From Chrysomallon squamiferum (lineage: Eukaryota; Animalia; Mollusca), in NCBI GenBank assembly GCA_012295275.1, contig CM022677.1, forward strand, positions 18,104,001 to 18,168,000: 64,000 bases of DNA, in the 5' to 3' direction. Below the pieces are notes generated by a model, which did no database searches, had not been told where the DNA came from, and saw only the letters and a list, made by a program, of their open reading frames with translations. Positions 12,580 through 27,686 of the stretch are shown here, in pieces. A program made the position numbers and the translations under genes. How positions within the stretch are numbered: position 1 is the stretch's first letter; the number at the start of each line of letters is the position of its first letter.

Positions 12580-13708
12580 TCACGTTCCTACGTCACCCAC
12601 AGCAACGACTCCAGAAATAGACGGCAGATGGCAACTGGCAGAACTGGAATTTTCAGACGACATTTTCTTTGTATGTGTCCTTCTATCCACTGGCGTCTTC
12701 AAACATCGAAATTTCTTTAACATGATCTCTCTATAGCTCCTAGCACTTCCCATCAGAATGTAAAAATTCTGAGCAAAGTTTAACAAATAGATGGTATTGA
12801 AGAGCGGCCAAAGTCTGTCAGATAAGACAAAAGCGAATATGTCGGATCTGGTAACTTTGAGTAGTCCATAAACACAATCTGATACCGCGGCGGGTAGAAT
12901 AGTTAGCAGAGCAAAAATAGAAACGAAAACGAGAGGGCGCGTTGCCTTATCTTGCTTCTGATTGGTGGATTCTTTGCCAGATCTCATGAATGTTTTCCTG
13001 AAATCGTTGCTCCGTTGCACGTGCGCGATGATCATGACGTTGAGGACGAAGATACAGACACACGGAAGTGTGGACGAGAGAACTAGTCGATAGGCAATCA
13101 TAAGAAAACCGATTTCCTTTCCTGGATAGCATACACCGTCGTTTATTTCAACAATGACAAGAACAGGGATGTGCAGAACGAAAATAACGAGAACCATAGA
13201 CCAGCAGACGACCAACGCTTTCGTTCTCGTGCAAAAGCAGTCACGTGACAGTGGGAAACTGACACAGATGTATCTGTCTAGCGTCAGTCCTACGATCAGC
13301 CACGGCGAGAGGATCATGGGAAATAGTAGCAGTGTGTTTAACATTTTGCACCAGAAATTGTAGACGTCAACACTCCTTGGAATATGAAACTGGAATTCAG
13401 ATTCTCTGAAAAGTTGAATGGCTAGAAACCAGGTGTCAGAGAAACTGAGAAATTTCATGTAGACTGAGTAGGAGAAGGGAGACAACTTTGAATCGTTCAT
13501 CAGAATAAACTGGAGTGCGTTTCCGACGGCTCCCAGTATACCTACGATTACTACGAGACTAAAATAGCCAATTCCACGTAAATTAAATAACATTAAATTT
13601 GTCAGAGGTGACACGGTGCTCGCGTTTGATTGGTTAATGAGCTCGAGTCCGTCTGTACTGCCGATTGCACGCTGATGTTGACTCCGTGATGATCGATGTT
13701 GTATTCAT
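12580..13708 (-). pseudogene. GPCR copy 2; 1-bp insertion near the N-terminus, 7TM core intact
   Basis: MNTTS ATG at 13708. An extra base at ~13665 (GCGTGCAATCGGC vs GTGCATCGGC) shifts the frame. ORF 12580-13614 encodes all 7 TMs and has an in-frame ATG at 13593. Confidence 0.85.
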
Positions 13709-13729
13709 ATTCTTCAAACTAACGTCTGA

Positions 13730-13792
<63 letters not shown>

Positions 13793-13945
13793 CATCATCA
13801 TCATCGTCATCATCATCATTATCATCATCATCGTCATCATCCTTATCATCATCATCGTGGAATTGTGTTAATAATAGTCATAATTAACACAGAAATATAG
13901 AAACAAATGTTTGGAGACGAACGGAATGAGATAAGAATGAATGGG

Positions 13946-14033
<88 letters not shown>

Positions 14034-14362
14034 ATACACAACACATGAGTAAATAAAGAGAAAGAAAAATACACACACACATATACTTATCAATGCATAT
14101 AGATAGATACATATATAAATAGCTAGAGAGGCAGACAAATGCATAGATATAGATAGATATAAAGATATAAAGACAGACAGACAGACAGATCGATAGTGGG
14201 TGAAAACGAAAAGGATAGATTGACTGAGAGAAGTGCGATCACCTACATACACATTATTTACTTAAAATATAAAATATTCGATGAAAAGTCACAAAGGAAG
14301 TTGTATTTAACAGATAGGAATTAATACACTGTGCAATATTCTGATCCGTTCAAACAACCATT

Positions 14363-14483
14363 CTGTCCGCGTCAACACTGTCCGCGTCAACACTGTCCGC
14401 GTCAACACTGTCCGCATCAACACTGTCCGCATCAACACTGTCTACGTCAACACTGTCCACGTCAACACTGTCCACGTCAACAC
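14363..14483. repeat. 15-bp intronic minisatellite (TGTCCGCGTCAACAC)n, about 8 units
   Basis: Directly visible; translates as CPRQH repeats in the ORF track. Confidence 0.93.
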
Positions 14484-14839
14484 TCTACGACTGATGTAAA
14501 GTTTTTCGGTTCACCTTTAATTTACGCACATCACTGTCACGGTAGAATTTGAGTCTCTGTTCTTTCCGTTTATTGATTATCAGTTGATTCTCCGCAAATT
14601 CCGCACTCAAACATCTTTGTCCTGTCACTTACGTGACTCTATTTTTCATCGCTATATATTGAACGCTGAATGATTCTTTTTTTTTTTTTTTCGTTTTTGT
14701 CTTTAGTCATTGCCAACCTGCGTTTGTGTTGGCCTTTTGGACATAGTTATACATGAGAGTTTTAATAAAAGCACAGAAATAATCAAGTAACTGTGAAAGG
14801 ATCAGCTACACACAACTGCAACTTATACGACATGGAAAC

Positions 14840-14878
<39 letters not shown>

Positions 14879-15135
14879 CAGTGAGAGATTCACTACTAGC
14901 CATTTTAAAAATAATCTGTTTTCTAGTACTTACATATCTAGATATTTATTAAATCCGTAAATGTTGACATTTTGATATTGTTATCTGTTTCTATATCTAT
15001 ATGTGTGTGCATGTGTGTATATATATATATATGTAGTGAGAGATAGCGAGCGAGAGAGAAAGCGACAGTATTATTAGTACAGCCACCATCAGTATTACTA
15101 ATACACTTCTATTATTATTATTATTATTGCTGTTA

Positions 15136-15169
<34 letters not shown>

Positions 15170-15260
15170 TTGTAGTAGTAATAGTAGTAGTAGTAGTAGT
15201 AGTAATAGTAGTACTTGTAGTAGTAATAGTAGTAATAGCAATAACGTTATTCAAGTATAC

Positions 15261-15376
15261 ACTTACCAATATGTTGCGAAATTCTTCCACAAATTTCTTC
15301 TCAAATGTCGATAATTTTTCTACCTTCTTTTATAAAGATTTCTTCATCAAACGAAGCTGTCAATCAAATTTCATCA
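15261..15376 (-). promoter_or_regulatory. Promoter / first-exon module of copy 2 (proximal)
   Basis: Minus strand: TGATTGACAG 15366-15357, TATAAAAG 15334-15327, GTAAGT 15266-15261. Confidence 0.7.
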
Positions 15377-16045
15377 CTGTATTACGTGCACCTTCCGCTG
15401 ATTAAAATTTTCATTAAAAAATCATTCTTTGCGTAATTCTGATTAATCCTTCCTTACAGTCAGTTGAAACAAATTTTTTTATCTAATGAAAATTCTCTTG
15501 ACTCTTTGATGTGACGTTTTCCTTCAAGTTGAAACAAAAAATATTTTTTCGTGAGTTGGTAATATATTAATATGTTGCGGTAATTATTTCGTTTCTTGAA
15601 TCAACGACAATTTTTTTTTTTTTTTTTTTAATTATTAAAAAGACAGCTGGTATGTTTGAATTATTATTTTATTTTCGATTTTTTTACTTTTTATTATTAT
15701 TATTATCTTTGTATCTTTGTAAATGAATCGTGAATATCCGCACGAAGCTAGCACTTTACGAGACTAAATGATAATTATTTTCTAATGATAAATTGGTTCT
15801 GACCTTTGCAGATGAGTTTTGCAATTAATGCGCTTCCAATACATACATACACACACACACATACAAACAAGTAGCGATCAGATAAAGGTTGGGGAAAATG
15901 TCTTTTACGGCAAATTATTTTGTCAGTCGATCTAAATTAGTCAAACCCCAAGAGAGTTAACGGGAAATAGTAAGAGTACAAATAGACAGACAAATAAAGA
16001 ATTAAAATAATAAAAACCATAAACAAATATATAAATAAATAAATG

Positions 16046-16099
<54 letters not shown>

Positions 16100-16220
16100 T
16101 TAGTAATAATAATCATTATCATCATCATCGTGGAATTGTCGTAATAAGTGTCATGGTTAACATAGAAATATAGAAATAAATATTTGGAGACGAACGGAAT
16201 GAGATTAGAACGAATGGCCT

Positions 16221-16537
<317 letters not shown>

Positions 16538-16840
16538 ACATAGACAGCAAAGATGAATAAGTAAAGAGAAAGCAAGGTACACACATATACATACATATGC
16601 ACATAGATAGGTATATACATAGATAGAGAGAGACAAATATACAGACATATAGATAGATAGATAGAAAGGAAGAAACACAGATAGATAGACAGATAGATAG
16701 ATAGATAGATAGCGGGTGAGATAGGAAAAGACAGATAGACTGAGGGAAGTGTGAACACTATGAAAGGTCACAAAGGAAATTGTATTTAACAGACAGGAAT
16801 TAACACACTGTGTAATAGTCTGATCCATTCGAGCAACATT

Positions 16841-17120
16841 GTCCGCATCAACACTCTGTCAACGTCAACACATCTGCGCATGAACACTTGTCCGCGTCAA
16901 AACTGTCCGCGTCAACACTGTCTACGTCAACGCTGTCCGCGTCAACACTTGCCTACGTCAACACTGTCCGCGTCAACACTTGTCCACGTCAACACTTGTC
17001 CACGTCAACACTGTCCGCGTCAACACTGTCTACGTCAACGCTGTCCGCGTCAACACTTGCCTACGTCAACACTTGTCCACGTCAACACTTGTCGACGTCA
17101 ACACTGTCCGCGTCAACACT
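16841..17120. repeat. Expanded 15/16-bp minisatellite TGTCC(G/A)CGTCAACAC(T)
   Basis: Same unit as 14363-14483 with roughly twice as many copies. Confidence 0.93.
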
Positions 17121-17239
17121 CTTCCTTGATGTAAAGTTTGTCGGTTCTCCTTTAACTTACGCACCTCACATCAGTATAGATACTATCAGTATTACTATTA
17201 TACTTCTATTATTGTTATTATTATTATTATTATTATTAT

Positions 17240-17272
<33 letters not shown>

Positions 17273-17345
17273 CAGTAGTAATAGTAGTAGTAGTAGTAGT
17301 AATAACGTTATTAGTAATAATAGCAATAACGTTATTCTAGTATAC

Positions 17346-17461
17346 ACTGACCAATGTGTTGCGAAAATCTTCCACAAATTTCTTCTCAAATGTCGATAAT
17401 TTTTCTACCTTCTTTTATAAAGATTTCTTCATCAAACTCAGCTGTCAATCAAATTTCATCA
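17346..17461 (-). promoter_or_regulatory. Duplicated promoter / first-exon module with no CDS of its own, distal to copy 2
   Basis: Minus strand: TGATTGACAG 17451-17442, TATAAAAG 17419-17412, donor altered to GTCAGT at 17351. Confidence 0.6.
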
Positions 17462-17617
17462 CTGTATTACGTGCACCTTCCGCTGATTAAAATTTTGATT
17501 AAAAAAATCATTCTCTGCGTAATTCTGATTAATCCTTCCTTACAGTCAGTTGAAAAGAATTTTTTATCTAATGAAAATTCTGTTGACTTTTAAATGTGAC
17601 GTTTTCATTCATCAGTT

Positions 17618-17654
<37 letters not shown>

Positions 17655-17783
17655 CTTGTTCATGTGTTGGTAATATATTAATATTTTGCGGTAATTATTT
17701 CGTTTCTTGAATAACGATTATTTTTTTTTTTTTTAATTATTAAAAGGACAGCTGGTATATTTGAATTATTATTTTATTTTCGA

Positions 17784-17822
<39 letters not shown>

Positions 17823-17978
17823 TTTGTATTTCAGTCTGTTTGTAAACGCGAGGTGAGATAAAATGAACCGTGAATATTCACACGAAACTATCACATTGCG
17901 AGGCTAAATGAACATTATTTTCCAATCACACATTTTTTCAGATCTAAGCAGAGTAGTTTTGCAATTAATGTGCTTCCA

Positions 17979-18079
<101 letters not shown>

Positions 18080-18315
18080 CAGGTAGATAGATAGATAGAT
18101 ACACACACAGATAGATACATACAAGTGGTTATCAGAGAAAGATTGTGCTAAAGTTCTTTCATGTCAAATTTTTCATCTGTGGACTTAAATTACTCAAAAC
18201 CCAACATAGTTAAAAGGAACTAGTAAGCGTATAAATAAACAGATAAATAAATAAAAAATAAATCAATAAAGTAAATCAATAAATAAATAAGTAAATAGAC
18301 ATTAATAATAATAAC

Positions 18316-18367
<52 letters not shown>

Positions 18368-18863
18368 GTAATAGTAATAGTAATAATAATAATAATAGTA
18401 ATAATAATAATAATAATAACATAAGGTACACTTGATACGTTTTTATTATTGTATAGTATTATACATGTATACATAAACCTCTTCTGTCACTACACAGTTC
18501 TCTGTTAACAGAAAGTCATCTCTTTTATATGTATGGTCTTGTAGATAATAAATTAATTGTATTTGATTATACAGGTCATGATTCATACTCTTTGTGTTTT
18601 TCTCTCTCTCACTGTCTCTGTCTTTCATTCTGTATCTTTCTCTTTTCCTTCATGCATCAATCTGCCCGTCTGCATATCTGTTTTAATCATGGCTGTTATG
18701 AACACAAGTATTAGTTTTATTATTATTATAATTCTTCTTCTTCTTCTTCTTCTTCTTATTATTATTATTAGTAGTAGTAGTAGTAGTAGTAGTATTTTTT
18801 ATTATTATTATTACTGTTGATGGTACTGCTATTATTACTGTCGTTAATATTATTATTATTGTT

Positions 18864-19772
18864 AGGTTGGTCCTGCCAGTGTATGAGATTGCTGTCCACA
18901 CCATCACACTACCACCACCAAATCTGTCCCCTTCCTGTATGCAGTTTGCAGCAAAACATTCACCACGACGTCTGTAAACTCGACATCTTCCATCAGCTCA
19001 ACAAAGCAGAAATCGAGCCTCGTCACTAAACCAGACAGTTCTCCATCGTAACTGAGGTCAGACTCTGTGCACTAGACACCACTTACGTCGTAGTCGACGA
19101 TGTTGATGAGTCAAAACCACTCTTCCTCTGGCTTGAATACCTGTCTCGCGTAAACAATTGCGCACTGTCTGAGCCGATATTCTACGCAGACCTGGTATTG
19201 CTGAATCAGTAGAGGTTGCCGTGGTGGTTCTTTCCCGTAGATGAAGTACCCGTATGTAGAGGTCCTGGGCCCTGGTGGTTACACATGGTCTACCAGATCT
19301 GGGACGGTCACGTGTTGTTTGGTGTTGCTGGAACCGATACCATAATCTCAAGATGGTGCTTGGGGATACATGGAACACCCGGGCTACAGCCGAGAAGGAT
19401 TCGCCAGCTTGTAAACGGCCGATGGCGTTGTTTCGTTGCGGTTCGCTCAGTCGTGGCATTTGTTTGATGTTGGGTCAGAACAAAATTAACTAAAGAAGTA
19501 TTCGAAAACCTTCAATTTTTATAATCCTCATATTCGAGTTTCTTGTGCCGCACGTACACATGCACTGGTATCGTGATTTGCATGCGAGGATGTTTTGGCT
19601 GATAAACACGATCATAGCCTTTATTTTTGTGTTAACTGGTTTTTGGCGACTGTAACAAAAGCTGTACGTTTAAATCACCAAATGTCATTATATTCAGTTT
19701 GTACATCGGTATGTGTCAGTTTACAATAGTTATCTAAGAAATCAACCACTTAGCGTTTCTACCTGGGGAGAG
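18864..19772 (-). mobile_element. Tc1-family DNA transposon, 3'-truncated (copy A)
   Basis: ORF 19058-19459 MPRLSEPQRNNAIGRLQAGES...RSGRP (paired-like HTH); further fragments run to VMVWTAISY. One TIR ends GGGAGAG-TA at 19772; the catalytic C-terminus is missing. Confidence 0.92.
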
Positions 19773-19904
19773 TAAATATATATATATGTGGTATATTTTG
19801 TATTTAATTTCTTTTAATTATCATTTCTTTAATAAATTTCTTTTACGTTATATGCATTGCAGAAAAGAACAACAACAAAAAACAAACGAAAAAACCAACA
19901 ATAA

Positions 19905-19985
<81 letters not shown>

Positions 19986-20209
19986 TGAATTGTGATTTGT
20001 ATAATCAAAGACTATTTGATGTTTTATAAGTCGTTAAATATAAAAGAAGATTTTCTGTTAACGTAGAACTGTGTAGGATCGAGTGAAGAAAGCGGATTTT
20101 TCAATTTTTCTATAAACATCTATAATAATACATTAAAATAAAAACGTATCAAGTTTTAACGTTTGAACACAGTTCCATCTTATATCATTATTACTACTAC
20201 TACTACTGT

Positions 20210-20244
<35 letters not shown>

Positions 20245-20444
20245 TTAATATTATTATTAATATGATTTATCTATTTATTTCGTGATTTACTTATTTGTCT
20301 ATGTATTTATTTACCTGCTTTTTTCCTTTGATTATCTAACTTTCGGTACATGCGTTTTGTATTTGATTTTACGTAATTTAAATTGACTTGATAAATAATT
20401 AACGGTGAAAGAATTTTTGCAACAAACTTTCTCTGAAAACGACT

Positions 20445-20530
<86 letters not shown>

Positions 20531-20977
20531 GGAAGCACAGTAATTCCAAAACTCGTCTGCAAAGTTCAGAAGAAATCTGTCGTTAGATAGTAACGATCAT
20601 TTAGCATCGTAATGTGTTAATTTCGTATTGATATTCTCGGTTCATTTTATCTCGCCTCGTGTTAACAATAATAGTAGTAATACAAATTATAAAATTATAC
20701 AATTCAAAAACACGAGCAGTCTTTTTAATAAAATTCATTAATTGAAGAAACGAAATAATGATCACAACAAATTAAAATATTACCAACTCACGAAAAAGCT
20801 TTTAAACTTGATGAAGTAAAACGTCACATTTAACAGTCAACAGAATTTTCATTAGATAAGAAATTTTTTTCAACTGGCTGTAAGGAAGGATTAATCAGAA
20901 TTACGCAGAGAATTAAACTTTTTTTTTTTCTTTTCTAAAATTAAAATTTTAATCATCGCCTAATGCATTTAATACAG

Positions 20978-21138
20978 TGACGTAATTTGATTGACAGCTC
21001 AGTTTGGTGAAGAAATCTTTATTAAAGAAGGCAGAAAAATGATCGACATTGGAGAAGAAATCTTTATTAAAGAAGGTAGAAAAATGATCGACATTTGAGA
21101 AGAAATTTCTGGAAGAATTTCGCAACAAACTGGTAAGT
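20978..21138 (+). promoter_or_regulatory. Promoter / first-exon module of copy 3, with a 45-bp tandem duplication of the TATA region
   Basis: TGATTGACAG 20988-20997, TATTAAAG at 21020 and 21065, GTAAGT at 21133. Confidence 0.65.
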
Positions 21139-21436
21139 GTTTACATGTATTAATTAATTATTACTATATCAAGTAATAATAATACTATTACTGCATCTAC
21201 TACTACTATACTACTGTTAATACCACCACAACTACAACCATTGTTCCATTATCTACTATTAGTACTTCTACTACTACTACTTCTACTAATAAAATATTAG
21301 CAGTAGTAATAGTACTAGAACTACTAATAATATTAACGATAATAATAAGAAGAACATGAATAATTAGAATATTAATAACAATAATAATAGCAATACAAGT
21401 AGTAGTAGTAGTAATAATAATAATAATAATAATAAT

Positions 21437-21484
<48 letters not shown>

Positions 21485-21809
21485 GAAATAACTATGTAGC
21501 TGTATATTTAAAAAAAAGAGAAATAACTGATACTAATGCTTTGGTTTTATTATTTTATTATATTTAAAATATTTTGTTCTTATCTTATTCGAAAATGTTA
21601 TTTTATTAGAAAAAATAAAAATGTCTGCGATAAATACTGTTTCATCCTCAAGAAAATCAATTTAAAATTTTACAACAATTTTTAAACAAAACTGGTAGCG
21701 TTAAATATGTCCATTACTTCGGTACGCTGTTTTTGTCTCTTTCTGTCTGTCTGTCTGTCTGAGTGTCTCCTTCTCTCTCTGTAAACCACTTTTCATTTTT
21801 GTTTATTTT

Positions 21810-21932
<123 letters not shown>

Positions 21933-22294
21933 GTGTTTGTGTGAATATCAAGCTCCCTAGAATAGACAGATGGTTATCAGACAAAGATGGCTGTACAAAA
22001 TCTTTGACGGCAAATTATTTATCAGTTTGTATAAATGAGGTGAAGTCCTACTTAAACTGCATATACCAAACGATAGATAATTAGTGGAAAAAAATATAAA
22101 AAAAGTTAATAAAAACAAAGACAAACAAATGAATCAGTAAATAAATAAATAGATAAATAAATAAATAAATCACATTAATAATAATATTAATCTCTCTTTC
22201 ACTTTCTCTCAATGTGATTTTTCATTCTGTTGTTGTTGTTGTTGTTGTTGTTGTTATTATTATTATTATTATTTCAGACATCATTTTGAAGAAT

Positions 22295-23423
22295 ATGAAT
22301 ACGACCTCAGTCATGACGGAGTCAACGTCAGCGTACATCGGCAGTACAGACGGACTCAAATTCATTAACCAGTCAATCGAAAACATCGTCCCACCTTCGA
22401 CAAATTTAGTGTATTTTAATTTACGTGGAATTGGCTATTTTAGTCTCGTAGTAATTGTAGATATACTGGGAGCCATCGGAAACGCACTGCAGTTTATTCT
22501 GATGAACGATTCAAAGTTGTCTCCCTTCTCATACTCAGTCTACATGAAATTTCTGAGTTTCTCTGACACCTTGTTGCTAGGCACCGAACTGTTCCGAGAG
22601 TCGGAGTTCCAGTTTCATATTGCAAGGACTGTTGACGTCAGCAATTTCTGGTGCAAAACACTAAATGTTTTGCGACTATTTCCCATGTTCCTCTCGCCTT
22701 GGCTGATCGTAGGACTGACGCTAGACAGATACATCTGTGTCAGTTCTCCACTGTCACGTGATCGATTTTGCACGAGAAGGAAAGCTTTCGTCGTCTGCTG
22801 GTCTATGGTTCTCGTTGTTTTCGTTCTGCACATCCCTGTTCTTGTCATGGTTGAAATAAACGACGGTGTATGCTATCCAGGAAAGGAAATCGGTTTTGTT
22901 TTGATTGCCTATCGAGTAGTTCTCTCGTCCACACTTCCGTGTGTCTGTATCTTCGTACTCAACGTCATGATTCGTCGCGCACGTGCAACGGAGCAACGAA
23001 TTCAGGAAAACCTTCATGAAATCTGGCAAAGAATCTACCAACCTGAAACAAGATAAGGCAACGCGCCCTCTCGTATTCGTTTCCGTTCTTGCTCTGCTAA
23101 CTATTCTACCCGCCGCGGTATCAGATTGTGTTTACGTAGGACTCAAACTTAGCAAATCCGATATGTTCGCTTTTACCTTATCTGGCAGTCTTTGGCCGCT
23201 CTTCAATTTGATCTATTTGTTAAACTTTGCTCAGAATTTTTACATTCTGATGGGAAGTGCCAGGAACTACAGAGAAATCATGTTTAAGAAATTTAGATGT
23301 TTGAAGACGCCAGTGGATAGAAGGAAACATAGAAATAAAATGTCGACTGAAAATTCAAATTTTGCCAGTTGCCATCTGCCGTCTATTTCTGATGTCGTTG
23401 CCATGACTGACGTTGGAACATAA
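22295..23423 (+). pseudogene. GPCR copy 3; single frameshift after TM5
   Basis: ATG 22295, acceptor AG 22276-22277. An extra T at ~22971 (ATGATTCGTCGCG vs ATGATCATCGCG); the remainder is in ORF 22983-23423. Confidence 0.88.
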
Positions 23424-24164
23424 ACATAAATAAATATCTGTGTGGATAGTCATACTGATTTTGATTCATTGTTTTCGATATGGATTCGTTTTCGCCTGTT
23501 TACTGCACTGCACAGTGCATATAGAGAAATGTATTTATTTATTTATTTATTTATTTATTAATGGTTTTCTTTATACTTTACACTTGTCATATTAAATGAT
23601 GCACAAAATACACGAAAATATATCTATCTGTCTATATCCTTTCCAAAAAGTCTTTGCAACCTTTTGAACAAGATCGTTTATTATTTTTTATTTTTCTTAA
23701 ATTTTTTTAAATTTTTTTCTTTTAATTTAATTCAGTTTGCTTTGACATTTTAAACGGTAATGAGAAAATATAAATATGCAGAAATTATGCTGAAAACCAT
23801 AGAGATGGACTCGAGCAGAACAAATATTTTCTTCAATAATTTGTTGTACTATAATCTGTTGACACACAGATAGATGGAGAGCTGGAATTACAGATCATAG
23901 ATGAAGATTATAGATTGTGGGGGGAGGTTTGTTGTTGTTTTTTTTATTATTATTTTTTGTTCACATCTTTAATTATTACTAATAATTTGATACGCTGATA
24001 TTTAGAGCAATGATTTTCACCGTCTTCTCAATAACAATATAAACGTCGACATTTCTTACATTGATCGAACCATCTTCAAAAGTTTGTATTTCTTTAGGAA
24101 AAAAGATACCGTAATTATATCTCTTCAATGATAGAATAAAAGGAGAGATATTATGCATTGTTTT

Positions 24165-24234
<70 letters not shown>

Positions 24235-25058
24235 GTTATTACTGCCATTGTTGTTGCTATTGTTATTATTATTATTATTATTATTGTTATTACTGCCATT
24301 GTTGCTATTGTTATTATTATTAGTATTATTATTTATTTGTTATCTTTTATAATCATTAAAAAAGTTCTGATTTGTTTGTTTGTTTCTTTGTTTGTTTGTT
24401 TCTGATATTATGTTTTATTTATTTTACCAATATTCCGCATTCTTTTAATAATATTTCTTTCTTTCAGTATTTTAAAATGTATGTTAATGTGAGAAATCCA
24501 TTTATAAAATATCATTTAGTACCGATCCTTCATAATAAAGGGAGACAATTGATGTTTCTTTCCTCTTGAACTGAGAAATACGAAGTCAGTTCTATACGAA
24601 TCCAATTTTTCTTGTAAGGTTTTATTGCATTCGTTTTTTTTTGTTTGTTATTTTTCAGTTTTAGTATGCTCTTATTTTGAAACTGTTATATTGTTATTTT
24701 GAACGTTTTATATTGTCATTTAAACCAGTTATTACGTTTTTATTTCAATGATTTGTTACGTTATAATTGAAGTGTTTTATTTCACCATCCTATTCCTTAA
24801 TGCTATTTTAAGTTATTTCAATGTTTTACTGAGATCTCATTTCAACTTTTGATTACGTCATTAATTTAACGTATTATTGTGACGTTATTTCAGAATTCTA
24901 TCACGTCATTATTTCAAAGACTATTGACTTAGTTATTTCAACAAACTGTAACTGTATGTTTTGACATCTGTTTTAGTGAAATGTATATTACGTTTTTTCT
25001 GTAGTATTGCAGTTCAAACGTTAGATTATTATTGACGTTATTATTATTATTATTATTA

Positions 25059-25098
<40 letters not shown>

Positions 25099-25448
25099 TG
25101 TTGTTGTTGTAGTTATTACTGTTGTTCTTATTTTTATGAATATCATTATTAATATTATTATTTTCTTTATTAATATAGTTTATAGTACGATTAAAAAAAT
25201 CTGTGTTATTATTTTGTTATAATCAATATTTTGAGAAATCGGTAAATGTTGTATTACTTGAAACAATAAGACGAAACCAATGATGTAATTTTGCTTTCTA
25301 TATAAATAAAGAATTGAATTACTAATCCCGTTTATTTATCAATTCACACATCCATACGTCCCTCTATATTTCTGTCATATGTGTGTATGTATGTAAGTAT
25401 GTAACTATGTATGTGTGCATGTATCTAGGTATGCATGTATGTGTATAT

Positions 25449-25638
25449 GTAGTTTAGAATTTTGAATATTCTCTGTGTTGTGCACGTCTGAATAGACTCT
25501 GCACAAAGACAATATTCAGGACCGCACTGGCGCAGGAGGACAAAGTCCAATCACGACCTCACAAACCTCATCAGATGCCGATGACGAGATTCGAACGTGT
25601 GACACCCATTTGCGCGCACTCCACCACCGAGACAACCT
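25449..25638 (-). mobile_element. tRNA-derived SINE copy, head partly deleted
   Basis: B-box GTTCGAATC on the minus strand; body matches 50437-50651; (ACAT)n-like tail. Confidence 0.65.
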
Positions 25639-26633
25639 TGTATATGTATGTATCTATGTGTGTTTGTATGTATGTATGTATGTATGTATGTATGTATGTA
25701 TATACATATCTGTATGTAATCATGTATGTTTGGATCCAGCTACACAGCCATCTAAATATATAATTATGAATCCATATCCTTTTCTGTCTCTTTGTCTGTC
25801 TGTTCATTTACCTATATACCTGCCGATCTAACTGAATGTATGTTTCTCTCTGTGTGTCTCTGTTCCTTAATCCATCCACATATGCATTAGTTTATCAATC
25901 GATGTAGTATTCTAGCTTCGGTTTCCAATGAATAAATCGAAATTTTCACATGAAAGACATCCAGCAAAAGAAAGCATAGTGACAATTAGTAATCATGTAG
26001 AATGTAATAAATATTGACTTTTATAGTGTGTATATACGTGTGTGTTTGTCTATTATTTATAAATAAATAAAACTGCTAAGATCTCTATTAACTAATTCGC
26101 AAAGGTTGATATCAGAAGACTACATGTTAATGAACGGATATTTTGAAGTTGCCTGCTAAATCGTAAAAGATAAAGTAATAGGAGAATATCGTAGATGTTA
26201 TAAAACTAAGAGCTGTTATCTACATCGTATTAGAATAAGATATATAACTGACAACAACATGCTTATTCTTTATATATGTTAAAGAAATTTCGAAATTACT
26301 ACATTTGTAAAAGGTTGTAGCAGATTATCTGTTGTTAGGTTGAGGAAAAAGGTTTTCGTTTAACAAGAAAGTCGTTTCTAAGTCTATTTTTTACATGGGT
26401 TACGGATTTCTGAGTAGAATGTATGCTGTCGTTATTGTTTATTTATTGTTATTATTTATTGTTATTATTATTATTATTAACAGTAGTAGTAGGAGTAGTA
26501 GGAGTAGTAGTAGTAGTTGTAGTAGTAGTAGTAATAGTAGTTGTAGTAATAGTAGTAGTTGCAGTAGTAGTAGTAGTACAAGCATTATCATTATTATTAT
26601 TTTGTTCGTAGGAATGTATTTTTATCCTGCAGG

Positions 26634-26755
<122 letters not shown>

Positions 26756-27630
26756 TTTATGTTTTCCCCGCACAAAAAAACAAAAAACAAAACAAATAAT
26801 AATAATAATAATATTTATATTTTAGACATTTAACTTTATTCACAACATATTAATATTAAAACGTAAAGAGTTCTCTTTACTTCTCCGCTGAAGGTGGGAG
26901 TAAACGTTATTTTGAAATGAGTCACAATTGAATAACATAGCACTTGATTATGTTCCTATTTTATATCGATAGATCTTTATATGTATATCTGCACAAGAAA
27001 AGTAAATCACCATGGCTGGGTCCTGCTTTCTCTTGAAATACAACTGCAAATACATCGAGTTCATTGAAAAAGCTTATTTTGCACGTCAGAAAACTCATAA
27101 GAAGCACAAGCCGTATTTGTGTTTTAAGAAAATATTGCATTTGAACTGCATCATCTTTTCGACGTCAAAAGAACCGTTAATGCGCAGTGTTTGTAAAACA
27201 TGAATATGCGTGGAATGAGGTTGAATGTTTGAATATTCAAAATTATGTACCAAATGGTTTAGACTCTCAAGGTTTGGCGAGCAACCATTTGTGATTTTAA
27301 AAATAAAAAACTCTCTGCATGCAGTGTGTAGTGCAGGAAATAGGCGACGCCATCTTTAAAAATGTTGTATAAAACAGCAGTGCAATAAAATTATTTATTT
27401 TGAAGAAAAGGAATCCAAATCGGTGTGATTGTCCGCTTTACCAGTAGAGTAGTAATCAGGTGTCCGCTGATCTAAGGAAGAAATCTGCTGAGAAACACTA
27501 GGGGCTCGGTAAAGTGTCCGTATATCGTACGTGGCCGCTAAAGACAGGTTCCACTGTGTGTGTGTGTGTGTGTCTGTCTGTGTGTGAGCTTATGTATGTA
27601 GGTTTTTTGTTTTTATGAATATACATATAT

Positions 27631-27684
<54 letters not shown>

Positions 27685-27686
27685 GT

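Noticed and set aside
14331-14552. CPRQH-repeat, metallothionein-like ORFs (also 16880-17134 and 28646-28843)
   Set aside because: Translation of the 15-bp minisatellite; 16-bp variants break the frame in paralogous arrays.
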